A DNA stretch of 64,000 nucleotides from Desulfatiglandales bacterium (GTDB lineage Bacteria; Desulfobacterota; DSM-4660; Desulfatiglandales; B25-G16). Numbering within the stretch: the first letter of the stretch is position 1; each line of letters starts with the position of its first letter. Below the pieces are notes generated by a model. It was not told where the DNA came from, did no database searches, and saw only the letters and a list, made by a program, of their open reading frames with translations. The translations under genes and the position numbers were made by a program. Shown here piece by piece: positions 63,500 to 64,000 of this stretch. Location: NCBI GenBank assembly GCA_035527895.1, contig DATKZQ010000199.1, forward strand, positions 944 to 64,943. Reading direction: 5' to 3'.

Positions 63500-64000
63500 C
63501 TAAACCTCGATACCAATCTGGACTGCGTTCAGAGAATAGACTTTGTCTTTATCCCCCTGAGATATGGGCAAGCCTTTCAAGAATTCCATGCATTCCTCCG
63601 CGTCCTCATAGGGATAGTCTGTACCCAGCAGGATTCTATCGATGCCCAACGCCTGATAGGTGCACATAAAGGCTGGCTCAAAATAGTTTCCGCTGGTAGT
63701 CACAAATACGTTGTTTTTCAGATACTCGCTCGGCCTTTTCTTAAGCTGCGGCAGAGCCCCCGGATCGGCCTTGAAATGAGGCCTGACATAGGGGAAGTCA
63801 ATGCGCTGCAAAATAAAGGGCAACCCCTCACCAAGATGCCCCAGAATGACCTTCAAATTCGGAAATGCGTCAAAGACACCGCTGAGCACCAGTCGCATCA
63901 TGGTCATGGCCGTTTCGACGCCGAATCCAAAGGGAGCCCCTGCCAGGGCGAACCCGTATGTCCTCATCTGCTGGAAGCTCGGAATGGTCGGATGCAGATA
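63500..64000 (-). CDS. Amidohydrolase_2-family protein, 5' end outside the window
   Basis: The frame stays open to the window edge (YLHPTIPSFQQMRTYG...). GHLGEGLPF and LGTDYPYE are typical of the family. Confidence 0.7.
   Translation of the reverse strand, partial: YLHPTIPSFQQMRTYGFALAGAPFGFGVETAMTMMRLVLSGVFDAFPNLKVILGHLGEGLPFILQRIDFPYVRPHFKADPGALPQLKKRPSEYLKNNVFVTTSGNYFEPAFMCTYQALGIDRILLGTDYPYEDAEECMEFLKGLPISQGDKDKVYSLNAVQIGIEV

Noticed and set aside
1-64000. Integron integrase, rRNA or tRNA genes
   Set aside because: No ORF shows tyrosine-recombinase motifs (R...H-x-x-R...Y). I found no tRNA-like T-arm consensus or rRNA segments by eye. tRNAscan-SE, Infernal and an intI HMM would confirm this.

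Overview
64-kb window, probably from an anaerobic Desulfobacterota-like chromosome; that guess rests only on gene content and repeat style. All family calls come from motifs read by eye in the ORF translations, with no searches run. Non-ORF coordinates are about +/-2 nt. There are four blocks. (1) 1-21.5 kb is an AT-rich accessory and defence island, entirely on the minus strand. It is organised like an integron cassette array: short ORF units are separated by GC-rich imperfect palindromes with xxxTAAC...GTTAxxx boxes (attC-like), and no integrase is present in the window (CALIN-like). Its cassettes are rich in nucleases (two HNH, a DUF6602-like PD-(D/E)xK, a possible HEPN) and in small membrane proteins. 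One three-gene unit (membrane protein, NDT/TIR-like-REase fusion, Mrr-like REase) matches no named defence system I recognise. Also embedded are a SLATT-like two-TM gene pair, a RAYT/IS200 remnant flanked by 21-nt inverted repeats, and a four-gene translationally coupled type I R-M operon. In that operon hsdM carries one in-frame TAG and an AlbA_2/Schlafen-like gene sits between hsdS and hsdM. Two more attC-bounded cassettes and an AbiEi/AbiEii pair complete the block. (2) 21.8-30 kb holds an XRE-cupin regulator, TRAP transporter genes, two amidohydrolases and an acyl-CoA synthetase with one in-frame TGA. (3) 30.6-41 kb is housekeeping: queA-tgt-yajC-secD-secF followed by two TPR-tailed proteins. 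(4) 41.4-64 kb is a polyphenol catabolic island. It has an IclR regulator and a phloroglucinol-pathway-like gene set (cyclase, cupin, SDR, 3-hydroxyacyl-CoA-DH-like, BKACE). It also has two tandem pyrogallol-phloroglucinol transhydroxylase-like alpha/beta pairs, the first alpha carrying a TM plus SCP2-like N-terminal extension. A PsrABC-like molybdoenzyme with a TorD-like chaperone but no Tat leader, decayed gene fragments, a second TRAP permease pair and a partial amidohydrolase follow. I recognised no rRNA, tRNA or CRISPR array.
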